A model generated the notes under the pieces. That model was given only the letters and a program-made list of their open reading frames with translations. It did not search any database and was not told where the DNA came from. Shown piece by piece: positions 19,913 through 29,942 of a stretch of DNA of 56,042 bases. Source of the stretch: an uncultured virus (IMG/VR IMGVR_UViG_3300027732_001162) (taxonomy: Duplodnaviria; Heunggongvirae; Uroviricota; Caudoviricetes). A program made the position numbers and the translations under genes. The DNA lies in IMG/VR virus record IMGVR_UViG_3300027732_001162; one strand, 5' to 3'. Every line of letters begins with the position of its first letter. Position 1 is the first letter of the stretch.

Positions 19913-20030
19913 TGGTGTAGACGGCAGGATTCGAACCTGCAAAGCATGACTAAGTCACAAGCCTTGTCCCTCCGTTCAGCTGGGGGTCAGCTTACTTGGA
20001 GGAGGTATACCATGTTCCACTCACGTCTAC
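19913..20030 (-). tRNA. tRNA-like RNA with expanded anticodon loop (no assignable anticodon)
   Basis: GTAGACG/CGTCTAC acceptor stem, A-CCA end, GCAGG-TTCGAAT-CCTGC T arm, CCTCC/GGAGG stem around a 24-nt loop, long variable arm. Confidence 0.75.
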
Positions 20031-20036
20031 CATGTA

Positions 20037-20065
20037 AGTATACTGTCTTTTGTAAATACTGTCAA
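20037..20065 (-). promoter_or_regulatory. sigma70-type promoter of tRNA-like gene; overlaps a plus-strand TAAATA (20053-20058)
   Basis: TTGACA-N17-TATACT ending 6 nt before G1. Confidence 0.75.
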
Positions 20066-21027
20066 TGTCATTTACAACCATTCCATTTCAAAATATTGTT
20101 GCTTTTGGGCAACAAACAATGCTGGATCGTCCATTATTTAACATAAGTTGGATATTGGGTAGATTTTGTAACTACAACTGCTCATATTGTTGGCCCTACG
20201 CTCGAAGTGACAAATTGGATTACCAAACATTGGATGTGTATAAAAACACTATTGATGAAATCAAACGTCAAGCTCGAGCTAATGGATTTACTGAATTTCA
20301 TTGGAGCTTTAGTGGAGGAGAACCCACAGCGTACAAGCAATTTCCAGAATTGATAAAACACTTGGACGAAACCAAAAGCCCTTACCAAAGTATCCATATG
20401 ACAACCAATCTGAGCCCGGGATCCAAATGGTGGAACACGTGGTGTGCCAATACTGCGTTATTACAGCGCAGGAGTATCACAGCCAGTTTTCATGCGGAGT
20501 TTGCCAAGGAGCAAGAGTTTGGAGACAAGTGTTTACAGTTACAGTATGAACTTGTGCATGTTACTGTTAATCAAGTCATGGTTCCGGAAAAGTTTTTTGA
20601 AACATTGGAACGCTGTGAGCGACTACGTGCTCGTGGAATCAATGTGACACTCAAACCTCAAAGTAATGATACTGCCACTGCTATTGTAGAAGGATACACT
20701 CCTGAGATGATGAGCATAATGCAAAATGATTTTGAACAACAGGAACAGTTTCAAATACGATTAACAGATGGTGAGAAAAATTATTATATTGATCAAGCAG
20801 AGCGGTTTAACGCACTGGGATTTAACAAATTTGAGGGCTGGACTTGCAATGCAGGCTATCAAAGTGTTATAATAAGAAGCACAGAAGTCAAACGTGCTTA
20901 CAGTTGTAAAGAAAACAATATAGGAAATATTCTTACAGGGTTTGATTTATTCAAAGAACCCAAACTGTGCATTACTCCTACTTGTGTGAGTAGTGCAGAT
21001 AGCAAAATACCAAAGGAACTAAAATGA
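20065..21027 (+). CDS. Radical SAM protein
   Basis: CNYNCSYC, SGGEP, C-terminal CNAG...C...CVSSAD. Confidence 0.9.
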   Translation: MSFTTIPFQNIVAFGQQTMLDRPLFNISWILGRFCNYNCSYCWPYARSDKLDYQTLDVYKNTIDEIKRQARANGFTEFHWSFSGGEPTAYKQFPELIKHLDETKSPYQSIHMTTNLSPGSKWWNTWCANTALLQRRSITASFHAEFAKEQEFGDKCLQLQYELVHVTVNQVMVPEKFFETLERCERLRARGINVTLKPQSNDTATAIVEGYTPEMMSIMQNDFEQQEQFQIRLTDGEKNYYIDQAERFNALGFNKFEGWTCNAGYQSVIIRSTEVKRAYSCKENNIGNILTGFDLFKEPKLCITPTCVSSADSKIPKELK

Positions 21028-21815
21028 CAAAACGTATATTAATTATGGGTCTTCCTGGATCCGGCAAAACAACCATAGCACAACATATATTAGAACAGCT
21101 TCAGACTGAAAAGAAAACAGTCATGTGGCTTAATGCTGACGATGTTCGAAAAAAATATAACGATTGGGATTTTAGCCACGAAGGACGTATTCGTCAAAGT
21201 TTACGTATGCGAGAACTTGCAGATAGTTATACTACTGATTTTGTTATTTGTGACTTTGTTGCACCATTGGTTGAAATGCGTAATAACTTCAAAGCAGACT
21301 GGACCGTCTGGATGGATACTATCCGTGAAGGTCGATACGCTGACACTAACGCCATGTTTATTGAACCAGAAGTATACGACTTCCGTGTTACAGAACAACG
21401 TGCAGAAAAGTGGGGTGAATTTGTTGCCGCGCACATTGTAGACAACAGACGTCGACCTGTGTTTGATTGGAAGAAAGAAACTGTACAAATGCTGGGTCGT
21501 TGGCAACCGTGGCATGATGGACATCGTGCATTGTTTGAGCGCCTGTTATCCAAAACTGGACAAGTTATAATCCAAGTACGTGATGTACAAGGTTGGCAAG
21601 GTAGCAATCCATTTGAAGTGGAAAAAGTTAAAAGTTTTATCAAACGTGATCTTGATCCGCTATATCAAGGCCAGTACGAAATACAAGTTGTTCCTAACAT
21701 TGTACACATTGGCTGGGGCCGAGGCGTGGGCTATACTTCAGGCGAAGAAACATTCGATGACGCAGTAACTGATATTAGTGCTACTAAAATACGTAAAGAA
21801 TTAGGGCTGAAATAA
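21024..21815 (+). CDS. Adenylyl-sulfate kinase-like domain fused to HxGH nucleotidyltransferase domain
   Basis: GLPGSGKTT, LNADDVR, DFSHEGRIRQ; then GRWQPWHDGH...ISATKIR. Confidence 0.8.
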   Translation: MTKRILIMGLPGSGKTTIAQHILEQLQTEKKTVMWLNADDVRKKYNDWDFSHEGRIRQSLRMRELADSYTTDFVICDFVAPLVEMRNNFKADWTVWMDTIREGRYADTNAMFIEPEVYDFRVTEQRAEKWGEFVAAHIVDNRRRPVFDWKKETVQMLGRWQPWHDGHRALFERLLSKTGQVIIQVRDVQGWQGSNPFEVEKVKSFIKRDLDPLYQGQYEIQVVPNIVHIGWGRGVGYTSGEETFDDAVTDISATKIRKELGLK

Positions 21816-22891
21816 TGTTTCACTTTAACGAGTTATTAGATGTACATTTAGAGATTACCAACAACTGCCAAGCCAGTTGTCCCATGTGTTCGCGCAATCG
21901 TAGTGGCGGCTTGGAGAATCCTTTAATAAAATTAAATGATTGGTCTTTGGAAGATTTCAAAACTATTATGACTCCCGAAGTACTTAATCAAATAAACGGT
22001 TTTTTCTTTTGTGGGAATTTTGGAGATCCTATATTGAACAAACAACTGATCGACATGTGTAGATATTCTACAGAAACCAATCCCAATCTCAATGTGCGTA
22101 TACACACTAACGGCAGTGCTAGAACTACCAGCTGGTGGAGTGACTTGGCCAAAGCATTACCAAAAATCCACACAGTAGTATTTGCGTTAGATGGACTTAG
22201 TGATACACACAACGTCTACCGTATTGGAACAAGTTTTGAAAATATAATAGAAAATGCCAAGGCATTTATTGCCGCCGGCGGAACTGCTGAATGGTGTTTT
22301 ATCAGATTCAAACACAACCAAGATCAAGTAGAAAAAGCTAGGCAGATGAGCAAGGATCTAGGTTTTGCCAGTTTTGTTATGAAAAACAGTTCTCGTTTCC
22401 TACTCGAGCCTAAAGTAGATGTATTAGATAAGAATGGAAATGTCACACATATAATCGAGCCAGCATCCGATACTCCCTTAAAGTTTATCGACAAGAATGC
22501 TATTAATGCTTACAAGCAAATAGTATCCGAATCGGTTATTGATTGTCAAGCACTAAATCAGCGAGCAGTATATATAGATGCATTTAAGAATGTATTTCCA
22601 TGTTGTTGGATAGCAAGTGCGCCGTATACCTTTATAGATAAAAATGATGCCGCTGAAGTGCGATATGAAATGTTATCACAATATCATGATATAGTTGAAG
22701 CGTTTGGCGGCATTGGCAATTTGAACGCTGTAGCACTTGGCGTAAAAGATATCATAGAGTCCGATAGCTATCAACACTTGTGGTACGAGTACTGGGACAA
22801 ACGCAGTTTAATAACCTGTGCCAGGATGTGTGGTCGCGCACCAATAAATGATTTTGGAAAATCAAGAGATCAGGTAGTACATGAGAATTAA
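21815..22891 (+). CDS. Radical SAM protein with SPASM/twitch-like C-terminus
   Basis: CQASCPMC, GNFGDP, VFPCC, CARMC. Confidence 0.9.
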   Translation: MFHFNELLDVHLEITNNCQASCPMCSRNRSGGLENPLIKLNDWSLEDFKTIMTPEVLNQINGFFFCGNFGDPILNKQLIDMCRYSTETNPNLNVRIHTNGSARTTSWWSDLAKALPKIHTVVFALDGLSDTHNVYRIGTSFENIIENAKAFIAAGGTAEWCFIRFKHNQDQVEKARQMSKDLGFASFVMKNSSRFLLEPKVDVLDKNGNVTHIIEPASDTPLKFIDKNAINAYKQIVSESVIDCQALNQRAVYIDAFKNVFPCCWIASAPYTFIDKNDAAEVRYEMLSQYHDIVEAFGGIGNLNAVALGVKDIIESDSYQHLWYEYWDKRSLITCARMCGRAPINDFGKSRDQVVHEN

Positions 22892-23729
22892 AATAGCAAC
22901 CAACTATTCCGATCGCTGGTTAGAAACTGAACGCCCGCAACCTCTTAGTGACAACTTGATAGAAGAAACTATACAAGAAGTGCTGGATGGAACCCTGGAC
23001 AAAGATATATCGGACAATGTCTATGTTGATTTTAAAGAAATCATGTCTAACTGGTTAGAGAACAGTACACTTAATAATATAGCCGGACTGGATACTTTTG
23101 ACAGAATAGATATTATGCAAGGATGTACGCAATACATTGACAATATCTATATGCAATGCCAGCCACAAGTGCTTGTTGATGATTACAGATATCACGATAG
23201 GCTAGGTAACCAGGGAACTAGACCAGGACTGTTACGAGAAAATATACCACTAGTAATTGCCATGCCGTTTCCTAGCACTGGCGCAGTACATATCAATATG
23301 GAGGAAGTATTAGATGAAGCGCAAGACAAGGGAATCGGTGTACATGTGGATGGCGCTTGGCTTACTTGCTGTCGCGGAATCAACTTTGATTTATCTCATC
23401 CATCAATCCGCAGTGTAGGTATTAGCTTGAGTAAAGGACTGGGCCTAGGATGGAATCGTGTAGGGCTACGATGGACAAAACACACACAGCCAGACAGCAT
23501 TAGCATAATGAATGATTTTCACATGTTACTTCGAGCACCGGTCATGATAGCAAATCATTTCTTATCAAATTTCAAATCAGATTACTTGTGGAACACACAC
23601 GGGGATAACTATTTTAAGATATGCCAGGATTTCAACTTGACTCCTACTCCGGCTATACATATTGCTATGCGAGATAATTGTCCAGTTGGTGTAAGCCCTT
23701 TATTGAGGTATTTAGAAAATGCAGGATAA
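22881..23729 (+). CDS. PLP-dependent (fold I, threonine aldolase-like) protein
   Basis: VHVDGAW and SLSKGLG motifs. Confidence 0.6.
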   Translation: MRIKIATNYSDRWLETERPQPLSDNLIEETIQEVLDGTLDKDISDNVYVDFKEIMSNWLENSTLNNIAGLDTFDRIDIMQGCTQYIDNIYMQCQPQVLVDDYRYHDRLGNQGTRPGLLRENIPLVIAMPFPSTGAVHINMEEVLDEAQDKGIGVHVDGAWLTCCRGINFDLSHPSIRSVGISLSKGLGLGWNRVGLRWTKHTQPDSISIMNDFHMLLRAPVMIANHFLSNFKSDYLWNTHGDNYFKICQDFNLTPTPAIHIAMRDNCPVGVSPLLRYLENAG

Positions 23730-25104
23730 GATACAAGGTTATGTAAAATTAATCGAAGAAAAGACAGGAAGCAAGACTTTCTGCGCTCTGCCCTGGATTC
23801 ATTTGGCCACACGCCCTAACGGTGATGCTAGATTGTGTTGTGTCACTAATGCTAGCGGCGCGGCTACAGGAGATCATACTGTGGGGCTAGTCAAAAAAGA
23901 AGATGGGTCTCCTGCGAACTTTGGTCGTGAAACTCCTTTGGAAGCATTTAACAATCAGTATATGCGTAGCGTGAGATTAACCATGCTGGCAGGTAATGTT
24001 CCTGCCAGCTGTACAAAATGTTTCGAAGAAGAATCCAATGGAGTCGTAAGCAAACGCTTATGGGAAATGTATGAGTGGAATCGTGACGGTCTTGATTTTA
24101 ATAAACTTATCAGTGACACTGATAATACTGGTGCTGTTCCTCCTGTTATACGATACTTGGATTTAAGACTTGGACATACTTGTAACCTAAAATGCGTTAT
24201 GTGCAGTCCGCATGACAGTAGTCGCTGGTTACAAGACTATGACAAGCTAGTAGCCAAAACAAAAAGCACTATTGTGTTGCACCAAGTGGGCTTTGATAAA
24301 GCATCATTCAATAACACATGGTATGAAAAACCAGAGTTTTGGGATGATGTGTTTGAACAGATTCCTAACATAACTCAATTGTACTTTGCAGGTGGCGAGC
24401 CATTAATGATCAAAGAGCATAGACGCTTTTTAGATGAAATCATTCGTCGTGGCTATGCTAAGAATATCAGTTTGCGTTATAACAGTAACGGCATATTTGT
24501 CAACGAGGATATTATCAGTGTTTGGAGTCAATTCAAACAAGTTCGATATGCATTTAGTATAGATGCTGTTATGGAACGTAACAATTACATTCGCTACCCA
24601 ACTGACTGGGCTGATATAGAACGTAGCTTGTGGTTAATGGATAACGCACCGGATAATGTACATTGTGCAATAGCCTGCGCGGTGCAAGTGTTTAACATTA
24701 AGCATATTATCGATTTTGCCAAATGGAAACTGACTCAAGGATTTAAAAAGATTAATAAATTTTCACTTGACGAATACCAAACTGGTGGCGGCATCATCAA
24801 CTTACACTTGTTATACATACCAACATTTTTAAGTGCTAGGATTTTACCCCAAGCAGACAAGGAAGAAATTGTACAACAATTTTCTGACTTTAAAAACTGG
24901 TTGTGGGAAAACTATAGGCAAGATGATAATTTTTGGAAAGATAATCCATACGGTTGGAAACGTTGGGAGGGCATCTTAAAATTTATCCAAGCAGAAGATC
25001 ATACACATTTGTTGCCAGACTTTAAAGAGTATGTTGTTAACTTGGATGCTATTCGCAATGTAGATGCTAGGGAAGTATTTCCTGAATTAGAACACTTGCT
25101 ATGA
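23719..25104 (+). CDS. Radical SAM protein with N-terminal twitch domain
   Basis: FCALPW...RLCC...CTKC, CNLKCVMC, AGGEP. Confidence 0.9.
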   Translation: MQDKIQGYVKLIEEKTGSKTFCALPWIHLATRPNGDARLCCVTNASGAATGDHTVGLVKKEDGSPANFGRETPLEAFNNQYMRSVRLTMLAGNVPASCTKCFEEESNGVVSKRLWEMYEWNRDGLDFNKLISDTDNTGAVPPVIRYLDLRLGHTCNLKCVMCSPHDSSRWLQDYDKLVAKTKSTIVLHQVGFDKASFNNTWYEKPEFWDDVFEQIPNITQLYFAGGEPLMIKEHRRFLDEIIRRGYAKNISLRYNSNGIFVNEDIISVWSQFKQVRYAFSIDAVMERNNYIRYPTDWADIERSLWLMDNAPDNVHCAIACAVQVFNIKHIIDFAKWKLTQGFKKINKFSLDEYQTGGGIINLHLLYIPTFLSARILPQADKEEIVQQFSDFKNWLWENYRQDDNFWKDNPYGWKRWEGILKFIQAEDHTHLLPDFKEYVVNLDAIRNVDAREVFPELEHLL

Positions 25105-26102
25105 ACCCGATTAAAATAAAATCTCTTGCCAAGACTAATATTTTAAACATAAGATGGAGTCCCAGTAACGTATGCAATTTCAAGTGTGATTATTGTTTTC
25201 CTGGATCAAATGAAGGCAACTTTAAAGTACCAACTGATACCAGTATGGTAATTTCTAATTTTCGACATTTGTTTAATCAGTATACTAAATTAGGAAAAAC
25301 TAAATTTCATCTAGATATAGGCGGCGGAGAGCCAACATTATGGAAAGACTTAGATAAAGTTATTTTAGAAATAAAAAAATCAAACGATGTCTACGTAAGT
25401 GTTACATCAAACGGATCAAGAACTTTGCGTTGGTGGAAAGAAAATGGTCACTTAATTGATAATGCAACATTGTCACATCATGTCAAAGAAGGTGATATCG
25501 ACCACATGATTGACGTTGCTGATATACTGTATTCTTTAAATAAAAAAGTAACAATATTAGTATTAATGGATCCAACTATATGGGACTCGTGTGTTGATGC
25601 TATCGAGTATATGAAAGCACACAGCAAATATCCTTGGTTTATACTAGCTAAAGAAGTTGTGGGATATCTTCCATATACTACAGTACAAAAGACTTATATG
25701 TCCAAGGAATTAAAAAGATTACCAAACCCAGCATGGTTTTTAAAAAATTATAATTTAATTTTTGACGGGTCTATGAAAATATTTGAAAGTATTGTCTGGT
25801 TAGAAGATAAATTTCTTCCAGTGCTGGCCACACCCAATACGTATGTTAACCGCGGATGGACTAATTTTAAAGGTTGGGACTGTAATATTGGTTTGGATTC
25901 TATCTATGTAAGCTGGGACGGAGTAATACAAGGATCGTGTGGACAGCCACTATTTGATCAAAGATATAATATTTTAGACAATAACTTTATCGATATATTC
26001 AATCCGGAATTTAAACAATCAAAGTGCCAGATGGAGTGTTGTACCTGTATTCCAGAAACACATTTAACTAAGACAAAATTTCCTGAATTAACAAACTTAT
26101 AA
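25101..26102 (+). CDS. Radical SAM protein
   Basis: CNFKCDYC, GGGEP, C-terminal Cys cluster. Confidence 0.9.
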   Translation: MNPIKIKSLAKTNILNIRWSPSNVCNFKCDYCFPGSNEGNFKVPTDTSMVISNFRHLFNQYTKLGKTKFHLDIGGGEPTLWKDLDKVILEIKKSNDVYVSVTSNGSRTLRWWKENGHLIDNATLSHHVKEGDIDHMIDVADILYSLNKKVTILVLMDPTIWDSCVDAIEYMKAHSKYPWFILAKEVVGYLPYTTVQKTYMSKELKRLPNPAWFLKNYNLIFDGSMKIFESIVWLEDKFLPVLATPNTYVNRGWTNFKGWDCNIGLDSIYVSWDGVIQGSCGQPLFDQRYNILDNNFIDIFNPEFKQSKCQMECCTCIPETHLTKTKFPELTNL

Positions 26103-26942
26103 TCTAATGATTGTTTGCGATCTAGATTCAAAAATCTCTGTAGTAGTTCTTTGGGACCATATCTGTTCTTCAAATGATTCTGCATAAGCTCTAGCTTTGG
26201 AACTAATGGTATTGCCCGGAAATACTAAATCTAAATATTTTAAAATTTCAGCAGGAGTAGGATGTCCATCACTTTTGTTAGGACGGCCTCGCAATTTGTA
26301 TTCACTAGTATCTTGTAACATATTAAGCACAGACGGCTGTAACTTTAAAAATACATTTTTATAGCAGTCAATAACATCTCGATCTATAAACAGGTCTGAA
26401 ATAACACCCTGATGTAATGGAACAATAATTTCTTGATGGTAATCTGCATTACCTTCCAAGTATGCAGGAGCGATTTTTTTTATTTTATCGATATCACCGT
26501 TGGCAAACGTATTGATAGACATGTTAATCCAATCACTGTCTAGTGTATCCAAGAAAAGTTGCGTTGATTGAATCAAGGCTAGATCTCTAATCATGCATCC
26601 GCGATCATCGTAAAACTTTTTAATCCATTTAGCCCCGTAACGTTCTTCTAGCATTGCTCCAGGAGTTAACATCCATTTGTTATCCACATATCGATCTTCT
26701 CTATTTTTGTTACTCCACATGACTACAATCAAATCATCTTCAGTAAATGTATGCCTATTGTGGGCTTCCATAATAGCATTAGAAATATAAAGATTGCCCG
26801 CGCCACCACAACCCCAGTTTTCATAGTATGGTATATCTTCTGCAAGAATGTCTGCCCAAGTTGGCCAAAGGTATCGTGTAAAACTGCATCCAAAAGTAAA
26901 TAGTCTTTTGTATTTGGAAGGGTTAAGTGTTTGTATGTGCAT
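26097..26942 (-). CDS. SGNH/GDSL-like hydrolase
   Basis: FGCSFT, GAGN, DGHPT. Confidence 0.65.
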   Translation of the reverse strand: MHIQTLNPSKYKRLFTFGCSFTRYLWPTWADILAEDIPYYENWGCGGAGNLYISNAIMEAHNRHTFTEDDLIVVMWSNKNREDRYVDNKWMLTPGAMLEERYGAKWIKKFYDDRGCMIRDLALIQSTQLFLDTLDSDWINMSINTFANGDIDKIKKIAPAYLEGNADYHQEIIVPLHQGVISDLFIDRDVIDCYKNVFLKLQPSVLNMLQDTSEYKLRGRPNKSDGHPTPAEILKYLDLVFPGNTISSKARAYAESFEEQIWSQRTTTEIFESRSQTIIRL

Positions 26943-27819
26943 ATTTTGTAAGTGGAATGTCAGCCGCGCAGGTACAGAAATTACGGTCACAAGTTACAGG
27001 TTCGCTAGGAGCAACGAAGTTGCCTTCATATATGTTGCCAAGACTACCACCGACTCTACAAGTCGCTCTGTGTACATCCCCGTTCCAATTTATCATTAGA
27101 CTTTCTATACCTGCGTTGCAAGTCCAATCTTTGTATTTGTTTAGGTGCAATTTAATAACATCGTTAGCGTGTATTATTTGCTCACCGTCTATTACACAAT
27201 TACCGTCCACAGTGGCTTCTTGTTCATTGAGCCAGTTTAAATCATTTGTGTTATAACGCATATCATCAAATAAATCGTGGTCGCCTTCAGTCCATCGTAT
27301 ACGTCTTACAGTATTAGGAATATGGGCTAACAAGCATCTAGCACGTAATTGTAATACAGCATCCATATAATCGTGATGCGCCATTATTTGTGCTATGACT
27401 TTTTTGTTGGTTAAATCTACTACACTTTCTACAGTATTAAAAACACGCCTCCAGTCAAACTCTAAATGTATACTGAACACAATTTGATCCGCTTCCAATA
27501 CTGAATAAAATTCATAAGGCAATGTTCCGTTAGTTGTCACACTGATCCAACTAATGCCAACATGTTTACAGTATTTTACTAGCTCACTAAACTTAGGATG
27601 AACACACGGCTCGCCTCCAGTAAAACTAAGACGTATGGGTTTGCCTAGTGTCATTAGTCTGTCCACAGTGGATTTAAGAATCTCTATGTCAGTGTGCGGG
27701 CTTGAGTTATCATGTATACTTGCTGGGCAATAACTACAGTCGTAGTTACATCGTTTACCAAGATTCCATTCTATCTTGATGCTGTCCTGATGCGGCCAAC
27801 GACTGGTTACTTTAATCAT
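26923..27819 (-). CDS. Radical SAM protein
   Basis: CNYDCSYC, TGGEP, CNAG...CTCAAD. Confidence 0.9.
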   Translation of the reverse strand: MIKVTSRWPHQDSIKIEWNLGKRCNYDCSYCPASIHDNSSPHTDIEILKSTVDRLMTLGKPIRLSFTGGEPCVHPKFSELVKYCKHVGISWISVTTNGTLPYEFYSVLEADQIVFSIHLEFDWRRVFNTVESVVDLTNKKVIAQIMAHHDYMDAVLQLRARCLLAHIPNTVRRIRWTEGDHDLFDDMRYNTNDLNWLNEQEATVDGNCVIDGEQIIHANDVIKLHLNKYKDWTCNAGIESLMINWNGDVHRATCRVGGSLGNIYEGNFVAPSEPVTCDRNFCTCAADIPLTKYAHTNT

Positions 27820-28643
27820 AGTCTACTTGCTTGTTTACGATCAAACGTATCAAACGTATCAAATATTTTTAGTTGCCATTGTTTTGCTAGTTCCCTAGCG
27901 TTATTGCTTATTGTATTATTTGGCCATACCCAGTCTAAAAATTGTAGTGCTTCTTCTGGCGTAGGGTGAACATCGTTATCAGGCACAACTCTAGAATTAA
28001 TACGTCCATCATTGAACCATTTATAAGTGGCATCTATTTTGATAAAGACATCCTGATACAGTTTAATAGCATCGCGATCATCAAAAAAATCAGCAATATC
28101 TTTTCCATTGTAAACTTCTTGGCTTTTCTCTTTCCAAATTTTTAATAGAGGTTCTTTATTTTTAGAATTCTCAAATGATTTTCTTAATTGTTCACTGTTA
28201 AAAAATTCATACCATGCAAAATTAGCCCAATCGCATTCTTTATTTTCCAGTATAGTTTGAATGGCTTTCATGTATGCTAAATCTCTTATTAAAAATCCTC
28301 TAGTATCTGTACTGAACTTTTTAGCCCATTCTTTGCCGTATGTTTTTTCTTGAGTTTGAAGAGTATCGCGCAACCATGCATTGTTGTGATATCTATCTTC
28401 TCTTTCCTTTGTGCTCCAAAAGATAATAATCAAATCGTCCTTGCCAAAGCCATACTTTGCATCGGCCTCTATTACACTGTTAAAGATAAAATGATTGCCG
28501 GCGCCAGGCTTGCCCCAATTTTCATAATACTCTATATCATGTCCTATAATATCAGCCCATGTCAACCATTGATAATTGGTAAAACTGCATCCAAATGCAA
28601 AAAATCGTTTGTATTTTTTAGGATCGAGATTTGTTATTTTCAT
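27816..28643 (-). CDS. SGNH/GDSL-like hydrolase
   Basis: FGCSFT, GAGN, DVHPT; paralog of 26097. Confidence 0.65.
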   Translation of the reverse strand: MKITNLDPKKYKRFFAFGCSFTNYQWLTWADIIGHDIEYYENWGKPGAGNHFIFNSVIEADAKYGFGKDDLIIIFWSTKEREDRYHNNAWLRDTLQTQEKTYGKEWAKKFSTDTRGFLIRDLAYMKAIQTILENKECDWANFAWYEFFNSEQLRKSFENSKNKEPLLKIWKEKSQEVYNGKDIADFFDDRDAIKLYQDVFIKIDATYKWFNDGRINSRVVPDNDVHPTPEEALQFLDWVWPNNTISNNARELAKQWQLKIFDTFDTFDRKQASRL

Positions 28644-29902
28644 ACGTAAGAAGCAAATTCCGGAGTCACGTCAAAGAAACTCTGTTGTCTTGTAACATCT
28701 AAGCGTCGATTATACTCTATGCAATCATCCCATAAGTGTGTGTTATCCTTCGCTAGTATAAAATTAATTATGCCGTCAATCTGTTTGTAAGTTAATGCTT
28801 CTAACATTGGATGTTCTTTTACTAATTTAAAAGTCGGAACTAATTCTCTAACCGCTTTTAATTTAATAACAGCAAGCGATTTTAATTCGTTAGGAATAAC
28901 CTGTGCAGATAGCACATTGGGATACTGTACCATATTAGTGTAGAATACAATTCCCAAATCGTTGAGGAACAGTTCAATCATTTTATCTAATATGAGTACA
29001 TTGCTAACCTGCACAGCTACCGCACCTACTATGCGGCTTACATTAGGTATAGTTTGTATTTGTTTAATATTGTTCACTACTTCTGACCAACTAGCATTAC
29101 CTCGTACATATTCGTAACTAGCGCCAATTCCGTCAATACTTACATTAACAGCAACACTTTTAAACTTGGGCCAGTATTGCCACACGGTGCGATTACTCTT
29201 GCCCAGCGTAGTTAAGTTAGTGGCATATTTGATTTCAATTTGATCACTGTAAGGTGCAAGCATATCTAATATACGATAGTGCTGTGGGTCCATTAGGGGT
29301 TCGCCCCCTGCAAACTCAACACGGCGGAAGTATGGCAAGTTCTTTTCTAAACTTGCCCACCAATTGGGATTATCTTCAAACTTATCCAGTAACGGTTTCT
29401 TTTCTAAATTGTGTGCTTCAACAATATCAAATATAACTTGCCCTTCACCTTTGTAAAACTCTTTAACTTCCGCCCAATCATTCCACGCGGTACTGTCTCC
29501 CGGATGGCACATACGGCATTTAAGATTACACAAGTTGTTTAGTTTAAGTTCCATGGTAGGAATCTCAAACGGCATGGTATAATCACTATTCATAGATTGA
29601 ACAGCCGTTGGATATAGATTAATACGGGCTTCGGGAATCTTACCCGAGATGTGTCGCTGTCTCAAACTCTCTACACCTTGATCTTCTAATCTAAAACAAG
29701 GCTCGCATTCTGATGGTCTACAACCTGTAAGCACTTGCTTACGAATACGCTTCATGTTATCCCCGTTCCATATTTCTTCCAAAGTGTTATCTTGTATGTT
29801 ACCAATTGGATGACTACGACAACATACTTGTATAGCGCCATCTTCTCTGGTAGCTAATCCTGTAAAAGGATGCATACAAAATGTGGGAGTATTTATATTC
29901 AT
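28640..29902 (-). CDS. Radical SAM protein with N-terminal twitch domain
   Basis: FCMHPF...VCC...CEPC, CNLKCRMC, AGGEP. Confidence 0.9.
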   Translation of the reverse strand: MNINTPTFCMHPFTGLATREDGAIQVCCRSHPIGNIQDNTLEEIWNGDNMKRIRKQVLTGCRPSECEPCFRLEDQGVESLRQRHISGKIPEARINLYPTAVQSMNSDYTMPFEIPTMELKLNNLCNLKCRMCHPGDSTAWNDWAEVKEFYKGEGQVIFDIVEAHNLEKKPLLDKFEDNPNWWASLEKNLPYFRRVEFAGGEPLMDPQHYRILDMLAPYSDQIEIKYATNLTTLGKSNRTVWQYWPKFKSVAVNVSIDGIGASYEYVRGNASWSEVVNNIKQIQTIPNVSRIVGAVAVQVSNVLILDKMIELFLNDLGIVFYTNMVQYPNVLSAQVIPNELKSLAVIKLKAVRELVPTFKLVKEHPMLEALTYKQIDGIINFILAKDNTHLWDDCIEYNRRLDVTRQQSFFDVTPEFASYV

Positions 29903-29942
29903 AAAGTATTTAACTGAGTTATACTAGCGCATAAATATTCCT

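Noticed and set aside
19913..20030. tRNA-Sec or tmRNA identity
   Set aside because: 7-bp acceptor stem with A73, no TCA anticodon, no G3:U70 pair and no tag reading frame.
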